From NCBI GenBank assembly GCA_051294905.1, contig CM119378.1, positions 1,178,001-1,242,000 of the forward strand: a DNA stretch of 64,000 nt. Reading direction: 5' to 3'. The translations under genes and the position numbers were made by a program. Of this stretch, positions 12,185-25,100 are shown one piece after another. The stretch's first letter is position 1. Each line of letters begins with the position of its first letter. Below the pieces are notes generated by a model that saw nothing but the letters and a program-made list of their open reading frames with translations, was not told the origin of the DNA and did no database searches. This DNA is from Botryllus schlosseri (lineage: Eukaryota).

Positions 12185-15100
12185 CTGCGGGGGCTATACG
12201 TCCTCTGCTACTTGCGATCTAGACTTGTACAATGTACATGTACAACTGGATAGTTTTAATTGTCTAGTTACGCTAATTAGACCGGAATGCCGGTAATCTA
12301 ATTCTAATCTAATCCGTGAAATGTTTCCTTGCTCTAATACTACTTCTAATCTAACTTGTGAAGTGTTTTTATGATTTAGTTTTAATTCTAATCTAATATC
12401 TGGATTTCCTGGAAATGCTACAGAAGAACTGTATAGTGCGAAACGAGCCAAGCTTGTTGTACATGTACATTGTACAAGTACATGTACAGACATTTGCGAT
12501 TCTCATGATTATGAGAACTCTGATTTGATATGAATCGAACTTGATTCAATTTCTAAGTTTTCGCGAATTCAGTAATTCTAATTCTAATCTAATATGGAGC
12601 AAATTGTGTAGCTCTAATTATAAATCTAAATTGAAAAAAAAAAGATTTTTTTAGCTGTCCCAGTCTAGTTCAAACCGAATCGACAATGCGTTATTTCTCA
12701 CCTAAAACAATGCGCTGTCTCCGAAATTCTTTTGTCTACCTTCGTGACAGAGAGAGAATGAGCCTACGAATGGATCCAATATAGGCTAATTTAGGTTTGG
12801 GCGACAAATGTTCGATAATATATCCGACTTTCTGATGATCAACTCCTTGTGAGTTCACCTATTCAATATATAATCATATATGCGGTGCCTAAACGCGTAT
12901 CCTGTGATTACTGTACTGTACACGTACAGTGTACTCTACTTGATACAGTTTCGGCCTTACAAAAACCACCTTCCATGTAGGCGTCTCAATATTTCTGTTG
13001 CCGTTCTGTTGTACGCTGAGGTTATTGAGAACGCTACCGAAATTTACTAGTAGGGATGCATTGTAGTGATGAACGCATGATCTTAGTCATTCGATAACGA
13101 GTGTTGTGGTTTGTTGCTAGGTACGTCATCGTGCGTGATCGAGTTAGCACAGTCGATCGACTAATTTAGTCATCTAGGAGCTCCGTTGATTGCAGTTCAC
13201 TTCATATATTATAGATACGCAAAGGTACGTCCCACATTCGAAAACATATCCACGGTTTATATTCAGCCTTGTGCGTCACGTACGAATCAGAAGTTACAAA
13301 CGCCGACTACAGTCGTGGGCTGCAATTGTTTGATTGCTTTTCAGTCACCGAGACTATCTCGATCGGCTCGATAATAAAGCAGTCATTTGCCGCGTAACGA
13401 GGCCGTGAGGTGACCTCCGTGATACAAGGCTACTCATGTTCATTAGGCGTTGTCAAATATAGACAAATATGTTTCCCAAGTGACAGTCAATATGTGGAAG
13501 TAGATTCCACGAACTGAGAACGTACCGTGTGGGTGAATCCCTTACAATGCAACATGAAATTGGCTTCCAGGACTTCTATATTCCTCTATCAGGCGAAGTA
13601 CGAATTACAACTAATTGATAGTATTCTCGACACAGTGGAGTAACATCATCATGCAGACAATTATATGCAGTTAACTCGAGTCATGAAATGGTAGTACGTT
13701 CGGGGAATCTCGCAATAGTCACAAAGCGCAACGAAATAGTCATGGTCCGGAAATACATAATTATTTTGGATGGCGTGCTTCGGGCAACATCTTCCTTGTT
13801 ATTGTTGTTAGGAGGTTATGGTATGTGGCACTCGAATCAACGTTTAATACTCGCCATCAAAATTACCGGACCTCGATCTAACATAGTAACCTCACCGAAC
13901 GACGCATGCATCATTCATTTTCATCACTAGTCGTTTTGTGTTATCCCTTATATCAGGGGCGGGCAACTCTTCGGTCGGCGGGCCTGATATGGGAAAATGA
14001 AGTGCTTGGCGGGGATTACAGTATCGATACATTATTCGCCTATTCAGCCACCTATACAAGGAATAAATCGTATATAATTTAAACGTTAAGTTCAAAGGAT
14101 AGACACCCAAAACAGTATTTAATTAATATATTACCCTAAAGTAGTTCAATAGCCGTTGAAGTTGATCAGAGTCGTCAACAAGTACTTTGAACTCTGACTG
14201 CATGTCCATTGTCCAATGTTGAAAGCCTTAGTAACGATTTCACGTTAGCATCAGTTAATTGAAACGCAACCTTGACACGCTAATGTTCATGGTCGAAAAT
14301 GTATGTAGGTAGACCCGAACAGAACAAATAGTTTCATCTTTCTCGGGTTGGCAAACTTGGATTCGTTCTTTGACGCATAAAATTTGTCAATACTTTCAGA
14401 TTACAATTTCCCTTTCAGGGTGAAAACTCTCTGCGGCCGCTCAAAATCCCGTCGCGGGCCGTATGTTGCTCGCTCCTGCCTTATATCTTTTCATCCAGTG
14501 ATGCATGCCTCCCGTTATTTATATCGCCTATAGGCACGGGTGGGTGTCTGATTTCAAAGACTTCTCCAAGTTGCTTCGAGTTCGACACCTGTCTAAATCT
14601 ACTTGAAATAGAAGTACTTCAATACTGAAAACCTCTGCCAACGCACTGATCTGACCCTGATCTCATTCCTGACGGACCCACCCCAAAATTTTCAACCACG
14701 CGTGACATCACAATCGTCGTCATTACTATTAAAAACGAAGGATATGTACAGGAAGTTTAAATAAAAGAAAAATACGGGAAATAGCGTTTTCGTCGTTTTC
14801 CACAATTTCATAAAAGCCCAAAATAGAGAACATGATCATTGACATTGATCAGAAACGGGTTTTTCGCGAAATAATTTAAATGAAAAGCGATAAGGAATTA
14901 AATACAAAAAAAAAGTAATATTGTAGAAACGAAATTATGTTTGGTCGGTAGCCTCCCAAATGATTGACGAAATCACAGAAATCGGTAAAACGAAAGAAAA
15001 ACAGGAGTTTTTTGAACATTCCGCATACTATGAATAAAAAAATCTCTTCGTACAGGGAATGAGTTGGCGACACGCGAATTTTCGGATTAAAGTCAGAATT

Positions 15101-15920
15101 CAGACGTTGTTGAAGCGATTTTCCTACTTCGCGGCGGGTCCCCGCGGGAGCCGGATTACTCGGAAGGTGTAAAAGTAGCAAAAAGTTCGGGGAAGTGCAT
15201 TTCAACGGATAAAAAACGCCCCAAAAGTCGCGCGCGCGCGCCAAGTCCGACGCCGCGCCCGACACAGAGTTGTTTGACTGGATAATAAGCCGTCGGTCGC
15301 CGTGCAGACAACTAACCCACGGACAGACGCGAAAAATAGTCTACGTCGACGGGCAAACCAGGGTATACGCTAGCGAATTCTGGTAGCTTCATAAACGAAT
15401 ATGGATGCATAATTCAATTGTATACTATAGTTCTGTACCTTCAAGAAGCTCTCCAGATAGGGCAACGTTATAGTTTGCGAACCGAACGCAAAATCCATTA
15501 AAACTGGTCATAAACAGAAGCCGCTATCTCATTGATTCCGAAAATATGAATTATGATCTGGACAGGCTTTGCATACCTATTCCATTTCTGTGACAATGCT
15601 GTGTGTTTTGATCTCACAGATATGTCATTTCCGCTAACGTGCGTAGCTTTGTACTATATGTTTCGTATGTTGCGACAAGACCAATCGATGTTTACCTTAT
15701 TGTAAACATTACCGATTTGTATCTGTATCTAGTTTCTCGACCGCGCATCTGTCCGTAGGTTAGCTATCCGAACTCGCTAGGAAAGAAAACAGAAAATGAA
15801 ACATGATCGCGTGATAGGGAAAAAAGATATAAAAGCAAACTCTCGCAACACAACTCTCGAACTTTATCTAATGAAGTGCCGTGTGAGGCCGGCAAGATGT
15901 CTGCATGGGGCACGCGCGCG

Positions 15921-16946
15921 TCAGACCGTGACCTCGTGCGCCCGCGCGCTGTGCCGGCTCTCCGGGGTCTGATTCCGGATTTCGGACCAACCCCGGTGCG
16001 AGGATGTGGTAGAATATCGATGGTTCGAGTTGTAATTATAATAGTTACCCGAGACTGATGTCATCGGTATCGACTGTGACGTTACTGATGTGCTATCGGG
16101 GGAGCAAGTACAACTCCTTTGTTGAGTCCTTGGGTTAGGTCGACAATGCTTTGTGTAAGAAGGGGGAGGTGAAGTCGCCCTACCGGACGCTGATGATCTG
16201 CGGCTACCCAGCACGCTTTCATAAGGGGGTAACCTAGGGGGCGATGGGTCCCTTCTTTGGGATATTTCTTCTGGAGGGCGATGTAGCAGAGTAGCCACTT
16301 CTGAATCGGAAGAAAAATCTTCATCCATAGATTGCTCGTCTTCTGTAAGATCATCTGATGATACAGGATATCGTCTGCGATGATCGCGCGGGCAACCCCC
16401 GCCTCTAGCCCCCATTGAATGCGACGCATGTCCATTAGAGGCTGTGTTGATTTCGTGCTGGCGCGTCTTACGATTCGCGGGTTTTCTGACCGGTTTCGCG
16501 ATTTCTGGAGTCTCCGGTTCGTATTCGTATTCGTTCGGGATTCGAACTTCGAGCACTTCGGATCTGCCGCGGTCCCGAGCGCGTGTCTGCTCTTTTAGAG
16601 CCTCGGATTCGTCCACGGAACGCACCAGTACTGCTTTTGCGTCTGCGTTATTACGCGGTTCTGTCTCTTCCGTGCGGTTCGTGGGATGCGATTTCCTTTT
16701 CCGCGCCAAACACACGCACAAAATCACGACAGCTAGTAGAAAAACGACAGCGCCCGCCACGCATATCACCAGCATCATCATAACGCGGAACTGCGACTCT
16801 GCCGCGGGTTGGTCGATCACGATCGTGGTCTCGACTTTGACTTCAGTGACTGATTTCAGGACGGTGGAGAATTTGTCTCGGGTGAGAGCGCTCGAGAGAG
16901 CGTTGGCCGCGCGGGACGCGAGATCTCCTTTCGTGGAGTTGAGAGA
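15921..16946 (-). CDS. JAG: Jagged terminal exon: juxtamembrane, TM and intracellular domain
   Basis: ttcacag|SLNSTKGD...VTEVKVET...[31 protein letters not shown]...HEVTV*; matches the 345-aa ORF in the track. Confidence 0.94.
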   Translation of the reverse strand, partial: SLNSTKGDLASRAANALSSALTRDKFSTVLKSVTEVKVETTIVIDQPAAESQFRVMMMLVICVAGAVVFLLAVVILCVCLARKRKSHPTNRTEETEPRNNADAKAVLVRSVDESEALKEQTRARDRGRSEVLEVRIPNEYEYEPETPEIAKPVRKPANRKTRQHEINTASNGHASHSMGARGGGCPRDHRRRYPVSSDDLTEDEQSMDEDFSSDSEVATLLHRPPEEISQRRDPSPPRLPPYESVLGSRRSSASGRATSPPPSYTKHCRPNPRTQQRSCTCSPDSTSVTSQSIPMTSVSGNYYNYNSNHRYSTTSSHRGWSEIRNQTPESRHSARAHEVTV

Positions 16947-19153
16947 CTGTGAAAACATGCGGATTAGAACACTAGAACAATTACTAGTCCGTAATATAAT
17001 TTAATCCAATTTGTGAAATGTTTTTCTGCTCCCATTTCAGCTCTAATCTAATTTCCGGTTCTCCTGAAAATGCGACAGAAGAACTGTATCGTGCGAAACA
17101 AGCCAAGCTCGTTGTACAGACATTTACCATTCTCGTGATTACGAGACTGCATACCCTGATTTGATATAAACTGAATATGATTTGTTTTTAGTTCGGAATT
17201 TCATTCCATTTTCAAGTTTTTGCGAATTCAGTGATTCTAATTCTGATGTAATTTGGAAGAGCTGAAAATTGTCAACTCTGATATCAGCATACGACAACAC
17301 TTGGGCTACACAACTGCCGGACCTTTGCAGCGTTTAAGTTAGGGTTCTAGTTTTGGGCTTATAAAGTCGCATGCTTGTCGCACTTGTGCAAGCTACCATT
17401 CCAGTTAGAGTTGACGGTGAATTAACCACTTGCTTTGTGAGTAGTCCTAGTTTTAGTCGCGCATTTTGAAAAATCCAGTAGTTTGCACCAGTCTGACGGT
17501 ATCCGTACATGTTAGTTATCTGCGCTCATACTCACAATGGTGACTTGTACGCCGTCTCTGTTTTCTTTGTCCACGGCGCATCGCAGCACCAGTTGGTGTT
17601 GGAACGAAAACTGGACCAGATTGGGCACACGGCGCAACGCGGTGCAGATATCTTGCACGTACACGCCCTGAAAACAAATTCATTATTTGTTCTCTGTTCC
17701 ATTTCAAAGTTCTTGAATCCCCTATCAAAAATCGAGTGATTTTCTGTCGACGTAAGGACCACCTATATCGGAAGATATTTTGTCTGCATATTTCATCTCT
17801 CATATTCGAGTTTTTAATGTATATTTCTTCTCCAAGTTTTGAGGAAGTTATTTTACCACATATTTTATCTGTAAACTTCAAATTTTTACTGTATATTTCA
17901 TCTCTTTTTAAAAAATCCACGAAATCCAAACCAACCACGTACCTGGTCCATATCTGCTCTTTGAAAGATGAGTGTCACCCTGGCGCAGTTCGTAGGCGGC
18001 GGCTGCTTTTGATTGGGGAAACATCCCGGGGCTACGTCCAAAGGCGGCCACACGCCGGGGTACAGCTCGTTTACAGTCTGACAGAGGCCCCTTCCGCGGC
18101 ATTGCGACGTGAAACAATGTTTCTGGTCTAGAAGCTCGCAGATTTCGCCTTCCCGGCATTTGGCGGTTTTCGGCGCGGTGCTCTTGTGGCACACGGGCTG
18201 TCCGCACCAGATCTGTGGAAGAAGGGCGCCGTTTAGGACAAATCTTAACTCAGGTGGTAATAATGGGTATTTGGCCTATTCACTAACATTGAAAATTTTC
18301 AAGAGGAAGATATGGGGCTGATATTGGGTACCGGAGTACAACCATAGTTTCTGTATTTTATTTTTTGCAAAGCTTGTACGTGAGTCTAAATTTCTAATAC
18401 ATACCTGGGTGCAGTTCGCGTAACCTTTATCGCAGAAACACTTGTTGCACTCCTCATCCCATCTCGAATCGTGTGGGTAAAGCACCCCGTTTCGAACACA
18501 GCTCTCTTCGGCTCCCTCCACTGTGATGTCAACATGGGTTATTACGGTTCCCCCGCGAAAAAAACTTCTGATAGCTACCTTGATCGCAACGCTTCCCGTA
18601 TCGCCCGGGCGGGCAAGTGCACGTGTAGGAGTCGATACCGTCGTTACATGTGCTACCGTGCGCGCAAGGAGACGAGGCGCATTCGTCCACGTCTGAATCG
18701 GAATTGGGCGCTCAGTATCGAGTATGATTATGGCGGGTAAGGATCAACTGTACTTACTCAAGCGACAGTCCGGTCCTGCAAATCCAGGCTTGCAAACGCA
18801 TTCGTAATGATTATCTCCGTCGATGCATCGGCCGTCGTTATAACTGAACATAAAAGCAAATGATATTAAGCCCAGACTGAGATAATAATAATTTTTCACA
18901 CTCACCATGGGTAAGGATTGCAGTCGTTCAGGTCTGGAAAGAAAATAACACTGTTACGAGGCTGCTAGTTGGCGATCACGCGCTATTCAGAAACGGCGGC
19001 GGTCACAATAAGGACTTGGCCTGACGATTTGAGTTTTGATTGTAACAATTGCACAGATTACAAATTTTACAATGAGTGTGTCCGCGGAAAACCGTCTACT
19101 GTGTGGTCAGCATACGATCACTGCTTGGAAAAGTATTGAAACGAGAGTGTGTG

Positions 19154-19196
<43 letters not shown>

Positions 19197-22100
19197 TAAT
19201 ACTTCAGAGGACGCATACAATGCTATTCCAATGAGAATCTGGGATTCGAAATAGGTATAAAATTGTGCAGCAATTCTTAGCGGGCCGGGACTGTCTTCAC
19301 GGCTCTTTGATCCTGAACGATTTGAGTCGCGTACGTATCGAGCGCGGCATTCATACGACACAATGAGATGATTCGATAATTGAGCGTTTAACAGTCGTTT
19401 CGCGCTTCGCCGGTTCTCGGGCGCGATGCGATTCCCCGCGAAATCGATTACGAGTCGCGTTTTATCGCCGGATAATCGCGTCGTGACACGGTTTATCAGC
19501 GTCAAAAACCAAAATTTCCAGCTTTCCAAGTTTGATCACAATTAGAATTATGAGCATACATATAATCAGACAACTAGCGATACCGGTATATATATATTTC
19601 ATCATATAAATTCACCTTCTTCACAAAACTGTCCCAGAAACCCGTCCTTGCAGAAGCACGACACGGAGTCGCCGTCGACAACGCAAGTGCCCCCGTTCTG
19701 ACACGGCTGCGAGCTGCACAGGCTTTCAACGGCTGTAGCAAAAGAGAAATCGTCACCCTCACGAACCGTCACGGACGCAAGACAGCACTCACGGATATGG
19801 CAAGAGCTTCCTCGCCATTCCGGCGGACAGCTACATACGAAGGTCGAAGTGCTGGACGCGCAGATGCCACCGTTGATGCACGTGCTCTCGTCACACTGGT
19901 CCACGCCTGCATAAAATTATATAATATATTCATTCATATTGAAATAAACACGAATATTTTCGGCAGGGGTAATCGTCAGCAAATAGTAGAGAATTGGAAA
20001 GAACATAATATATCAACAATCGTAGAATCATATAATAAATACATTTATATCAAGATAAATCCTAATTTGCATTCAGTTTCTTCATTCACAAAGTAGTTTT
20101 AGCGTGTATTGTACTTGTGTATGAATCTAAATAGCCTCAGTATACAAATGAATGTGTTCATATCGAAATAAACCCGAATCTTTTCGAGTGAATTTAATCT
20201 CTAATGTACGACTGTTTCACCCCTGCTCGGGGATAATAAGAGGGTTACGATTACGATATCACCGAACGGCGGGACGGGCAATTATCGGATTTATCGAGCC
20301 GCACGAGTTTTAATCCAAGACAAACAAAACACGACCCCGTTGGGACCCAGCGACCCCACGACAAGAAATCAGCGAGTTTGGTTTCCTCACAGTAATTCGA
20401 CACCGGAACGTGTATTCGCGAAACTTGTCATGAGGGCGACTTCTCGCGAGACGCATTTCACGCGCGCTACAGATATTTAGCACACTAGCATTTTCGTGTC
20501 ATAAATCGGAAGGAAATGACGTTAAGCTATGTGACGTCACAAGTCGCTAAGTTGGCGACTATCGCGCAAAACGTAACTCTTGGTATGTTTGCTAGAAAAC
20601 AGTCCTCACTCTCTACAATAGCCCCCGTCTACGCATATCCGTCAGGGGTCATTAACCCCCGCCACCGCGTAGAACCCCACCATCTGGAAAATAGCTCCCG
20701 CTTTTCAACGCTCCGAAAGATTTCCAGATTTAAGCTCAGCTAATTGTCTTGGACGTCATGACATCGCGCTAGAGAGATTCGGGCGTTTACACGGAGCATT
20801 GTTACAGCATCGTCACAAAGTGCAATGAAATTATCATGGTCGAAAAAATACCAAATTATCTTTAATGCGTCGTAGAACTGGCGTTATATTCGTTGTGGTA
20901 GCATAGGCCGTTGAGCGAGCGCGCGCGGCGCGATGATTTGCAAACGAGGGGCGGAAAGTCTGGTGACCCGCCGCGAATTCCTCCGGTGTCGAATTACGTT
21001 CAGCCATCCATCAGCGGGTTGCAACAACAACAGTTTGTAGGAAAAGCCAGAACTATGGGCATTTCGCGATGCCTGCTCCGTTATTTTGCCGGTCACGAGG
21101 TCGTTGTGCGTACATTAATGTAATAATGAACAGGGCTGTTCGAAATTTACTGGTTAATTGATAAAATTGTTACGTTGACTAAGAAAAAAAAACGGTGCTG
21201 ATCAAATTTGGCACAATTCCAAATTGTAGAAGCGTAGCCGTTGGTGCAGAAAATTATAGATTTATTAAACAAATTGAAACGTTTTTCCTTCAAAATTCAC
21301 TGGCCCCATGAAACTGTTTAAAAAAACAATGCACACCAAATTTGGCTGAATTCCAACCCATAGTCACGAAGTTAGTGGAGTCTAAATATTATTATTGACT
21401 GAAATGCTGTAACATCTAGTCTAGCCTATCATTCCGTATAATTGATGTACAAGTCCACGTCGCTAAGAGTAAACGATATAATTATATATATTTATTGGAT
21501 TCGAAATCACTACAATAACTGACACAGACGAATGCGCAGAAAAACCTGTGATGTAATAAGCACCACTATCGCGATTTTACTAATAATAATAAAATTAAAA
21601 TATATAATTATCATATTAAATAAATAATAAAGTTTTACTGCGAATAAAGAATATAACAATATTAATATGGTCGTTGTGACTCTTACATCTAAGGTGACGT
21701 CATAACGACGCCTTGAAGCGATATCGGGCTTCATCAAAATCGCGCTATTTAGCGAATTTGGAAACGAATCCAAAAATACATCCTATGAACCGCGACCGCG
21801 CAATTAACGGCTAGGAAACGGGGGCGCAATCAAAACAGGGGCGAGATTAGACACGCGAGGGTGATCGCAACGCCATTTTAACCGCTTCCTGAAAACGGAG
21901 CGTATTCGTGAAGAATTCCTACATTTCTAAAGCCTTAAGCCGACAAGTCAGGAATTAGCTTCGGATGACATTGGCTGCAAATTCTCGCGAAATCGAACAC
22001 CGCTTGTGACGCGGCGTGACGTCACAAATACCGAAAGTCTCAGCGACTTGAAAGGGGTCGTTGGCCGCGGACGATTTGGCGCGAGGTATTCGACATTTCG

Positions 22101-25100
22101 CGACTTAAATCAAAACCGATGCGGGCCTAATCTGATCGAGCTAAAGAATATGAATCGCCTTCTAAGCCCCGCCATCTATCTTGCTTTTATAAATCTAGGT
22201 TCTTACAACTCAGGCCAAAAGCGAGTTTTGACTATAATTTGTCGCCAGTTTACGAAGGCGACGTCGCAACCCACGTCTTATCACCCCAAAATAGATTTCT
22301 CCTAAATTTTCATTTATATTATTTATTTTATATATTGATTTTTCCAGCTTTCGCAGCCTACGTCACCACTCACGGCAGATTATCCCGAAAGCTCTCTTTA
22401 GTTATTATTCAAAATTACTGTATTTATTTCAGATTTTTTTTGGTGCTTCTTAGATATTTTCGGCTAAATCATATCTTTTGACGAGTTCCATTCGAAAATA
22501 TCCGGGTTAACCGCAATATCGATACATTAACCAACGTATTTATATATTATCTCGCATTTTTGGTCAGTTTTCGCAGCGCGAATTCGAAACCACTTTCCCG
22601 ACATCTGCCCGGAGTCGAATATCAGATACGCGCGGAAACTTAAAAGCCGCGGCCCGGTCGGCACGAAACAACTGAAATAAATGCGAAACGAGATCTGCGC
22701 AATGACGTCACAAAGAGACACGTACGCGAATTGCAGGTCTTCCCTTTCCAGCCGGCCCGGCACTCGCAAATGAAGTCGTCTTCAGAGTCCACGCATCTGC
22801 CACGGCCGTGACAAGGGTCAGGGTCGCAGTTGTCAATGTCTAAACAGAGGCGGTCCGGTCAATAACGGAGTTGACTTGAACATATTTCCAGACAAGTCTA
22901 TTTTGTGAAGCAGAGAGTAATTGCAGCATGAGCTTGCTTCGCTTTTATGAGTGAAATAATCTTCAAGCCTGCGCGAAATACGGGTAATAAATGTATTTTA
23001 GATGAATACACCTGTTTTTAGAGTCATTAATCATTTTGCGTTAGTTTCGAAGATACGTTTTGCAATTTCGAATGCAGCAGCCACCGAATAACTGTCAAAC
23101 GCATATATGCAAACACTCAGCCAAATCTACTTTCTGAAACTACTTCTCGGGCCGTTCATTTCTACTTCCATTTGAAGCACAAAGTTTTGACATTGCTTGT
23201 AAAACACTACTTGCATCAATAGTTGAGTAGGCATAAGCAGCATTATGCTACATCTGCTTGTACATAGTAGCGACGCTGGCTACTTACGCACCACCGTGTC
23301 TAAACACGTGTTTGGTGATTCGGTTCTATTCGGTTCGGTTCGAATGCTTCTAGAATCTATACTTACTCATCTGGCATCGATCCCCGTTCCATCCCTCCTT
23401 GCACATGCAAACGAACCCTTCCACATCGTCTATGCAAGTGCCGCCGTTCAAACAAGTGTTCGGGAAGCAGTCGTTTACGTCTGCAATCAAGCGTATCATT
23501 GTTATTACGTCACTCGGTTTTGATTGGTCGAAAGGTCCACGACAGTCGCGTGGCGTTCTGCACTACATTTGGAAACTTGTGAGTAGTTTCTATGTTTCGA
23601 TGCTTACATTTTCATTCTAATCTAATAACTGGCTTTCCTGAAAATGATAAAGGAGATATGTATAGTGCGAAACGAGCCAAGCTTGCTGTACGGACATTTG
23701 CCATTCTCGTGCTTATGAGAATCATATGAATTTAACTAGAATTTATTGAATTCCTTTTTAATTCGGGTTCTAAATTCAGCGTCCACGTTTTTCCGACTTC
23801 ATAAATTCTAATTCCGATGTAATTTGAAAAAAAACTGTAACTAATCTAATTTGGAATAGCTAAAAATTTTCACTCTCACACGACATCGTTCGTTGAAGTC
23901 GCAAGTGTGATGCGTGTGCCTTGTCACAACAATGTCACCGAGTGTGACGCGACAAATCGCCGCGCTTTCGCCCAATCAAAAGCGCGCGAGAGAGCGGAAC
24001 GGGAGAAAAATGACAGGAATTTATGAAAAGCGAGGCGGGTTATTTAAACTTTGCTTAAACTTGAAGAAATGCCGACACGATCCGCGAAACAGGTGCTTGT
24101 TTACAAACGGGGATGCTATCGCGGCTCGAAAACGCGATAAAGTCACGCAAATGACCCAAAAATGCCGATGTGACGTTGGAAAGGTCGAGTAATATGATGT
24201 CGCGTAAGGGGCGTCTCACAAAAAGTCTAGAATGTGGGATAAAAGTCGCCAGCGCGGAAAATGTAATGAAGAATATCGACCTTGGCGGTAGAGAACTTCA
24301 ATATACAATTGCAAAATAAATTTCAAATTGAAATAAACCCGAATATTTTCGGCTGACACTCGTCAGGGGTAATTGTCAGAGCGGAGATTTCAAAAGAACA
24401 TTGCTGTAAAATGACTAACCCATGGTCGAACACTAAAACAGTACGGTATACAATTGAATAATATATTCCTATCGGCTTGCAATTATCATTATCTACTAGT
24501 CACGAGTGTCAGAGGACAATAAACGGGTTTATTTCAAAACGAAGATATCATTTAATTGTATATCGCAGTTCTACACGTCAAAGAGACACTACTAAAGCAT
24601 CAGCACCGTTTGAAATACTAATGTCGCTTGCGCTAACTCACTGAGATGGCAGTATTTCCCTTCGTATCCTTTGTCGCATTCGCACACGAACTGGTTGTTG
24701 GGTCTGCTGGCGCAGGTACCGTGGGCCCCACAGATACCCGACCGCAAGATTTTCTCGCCCCCGTCGCCCGTTAGACGAATGCTGCAGCTGTCGATCACTG
24801 CACGAAAACGAATCACCGGTAAAGCATTGCGGCCATTTTGTAACCGGTTTCAAGTGTACGAGTTCGGTTTATATAGATTCTGTACTCAAATCCTCTCGGC
24901 ATCAGAGATGGGGGATGGTGATTAGTGCTCGTAATTGATAACGGCCTTTTCAAGTAATTGTAATCGTAATAAATTGTTTTGCTCGAGGTGGTGAAAGGAG
25001 TCATCGCTGCCCCTCAAGTGTATTTGGTGGTAGTAATATTTTACTTGATTAATTGTACAAGTAGACAAGGAATGTCAAAACTACTCCAAGTATTAGTAGA

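Noticed and set aside
11970..12204. MANSC/MANEC-like cysteine domain suggested by LTLRGNG...CCIWC...CD
   Set aside because: In-frame stop after MCD and poor cysteine spacing; an HMM search would be needed to support it.
12226..12490. tgtaca palindromic runs (also ~12910 and ~48355)
   Set aside because: Short low-complexity slippage or repair products with no further structure.
16444..17004. 186-aa plus-strand ORF
   Set aside because: Antisense shadow of the GC-rich Jagged terminal exon; no recognisable domain.
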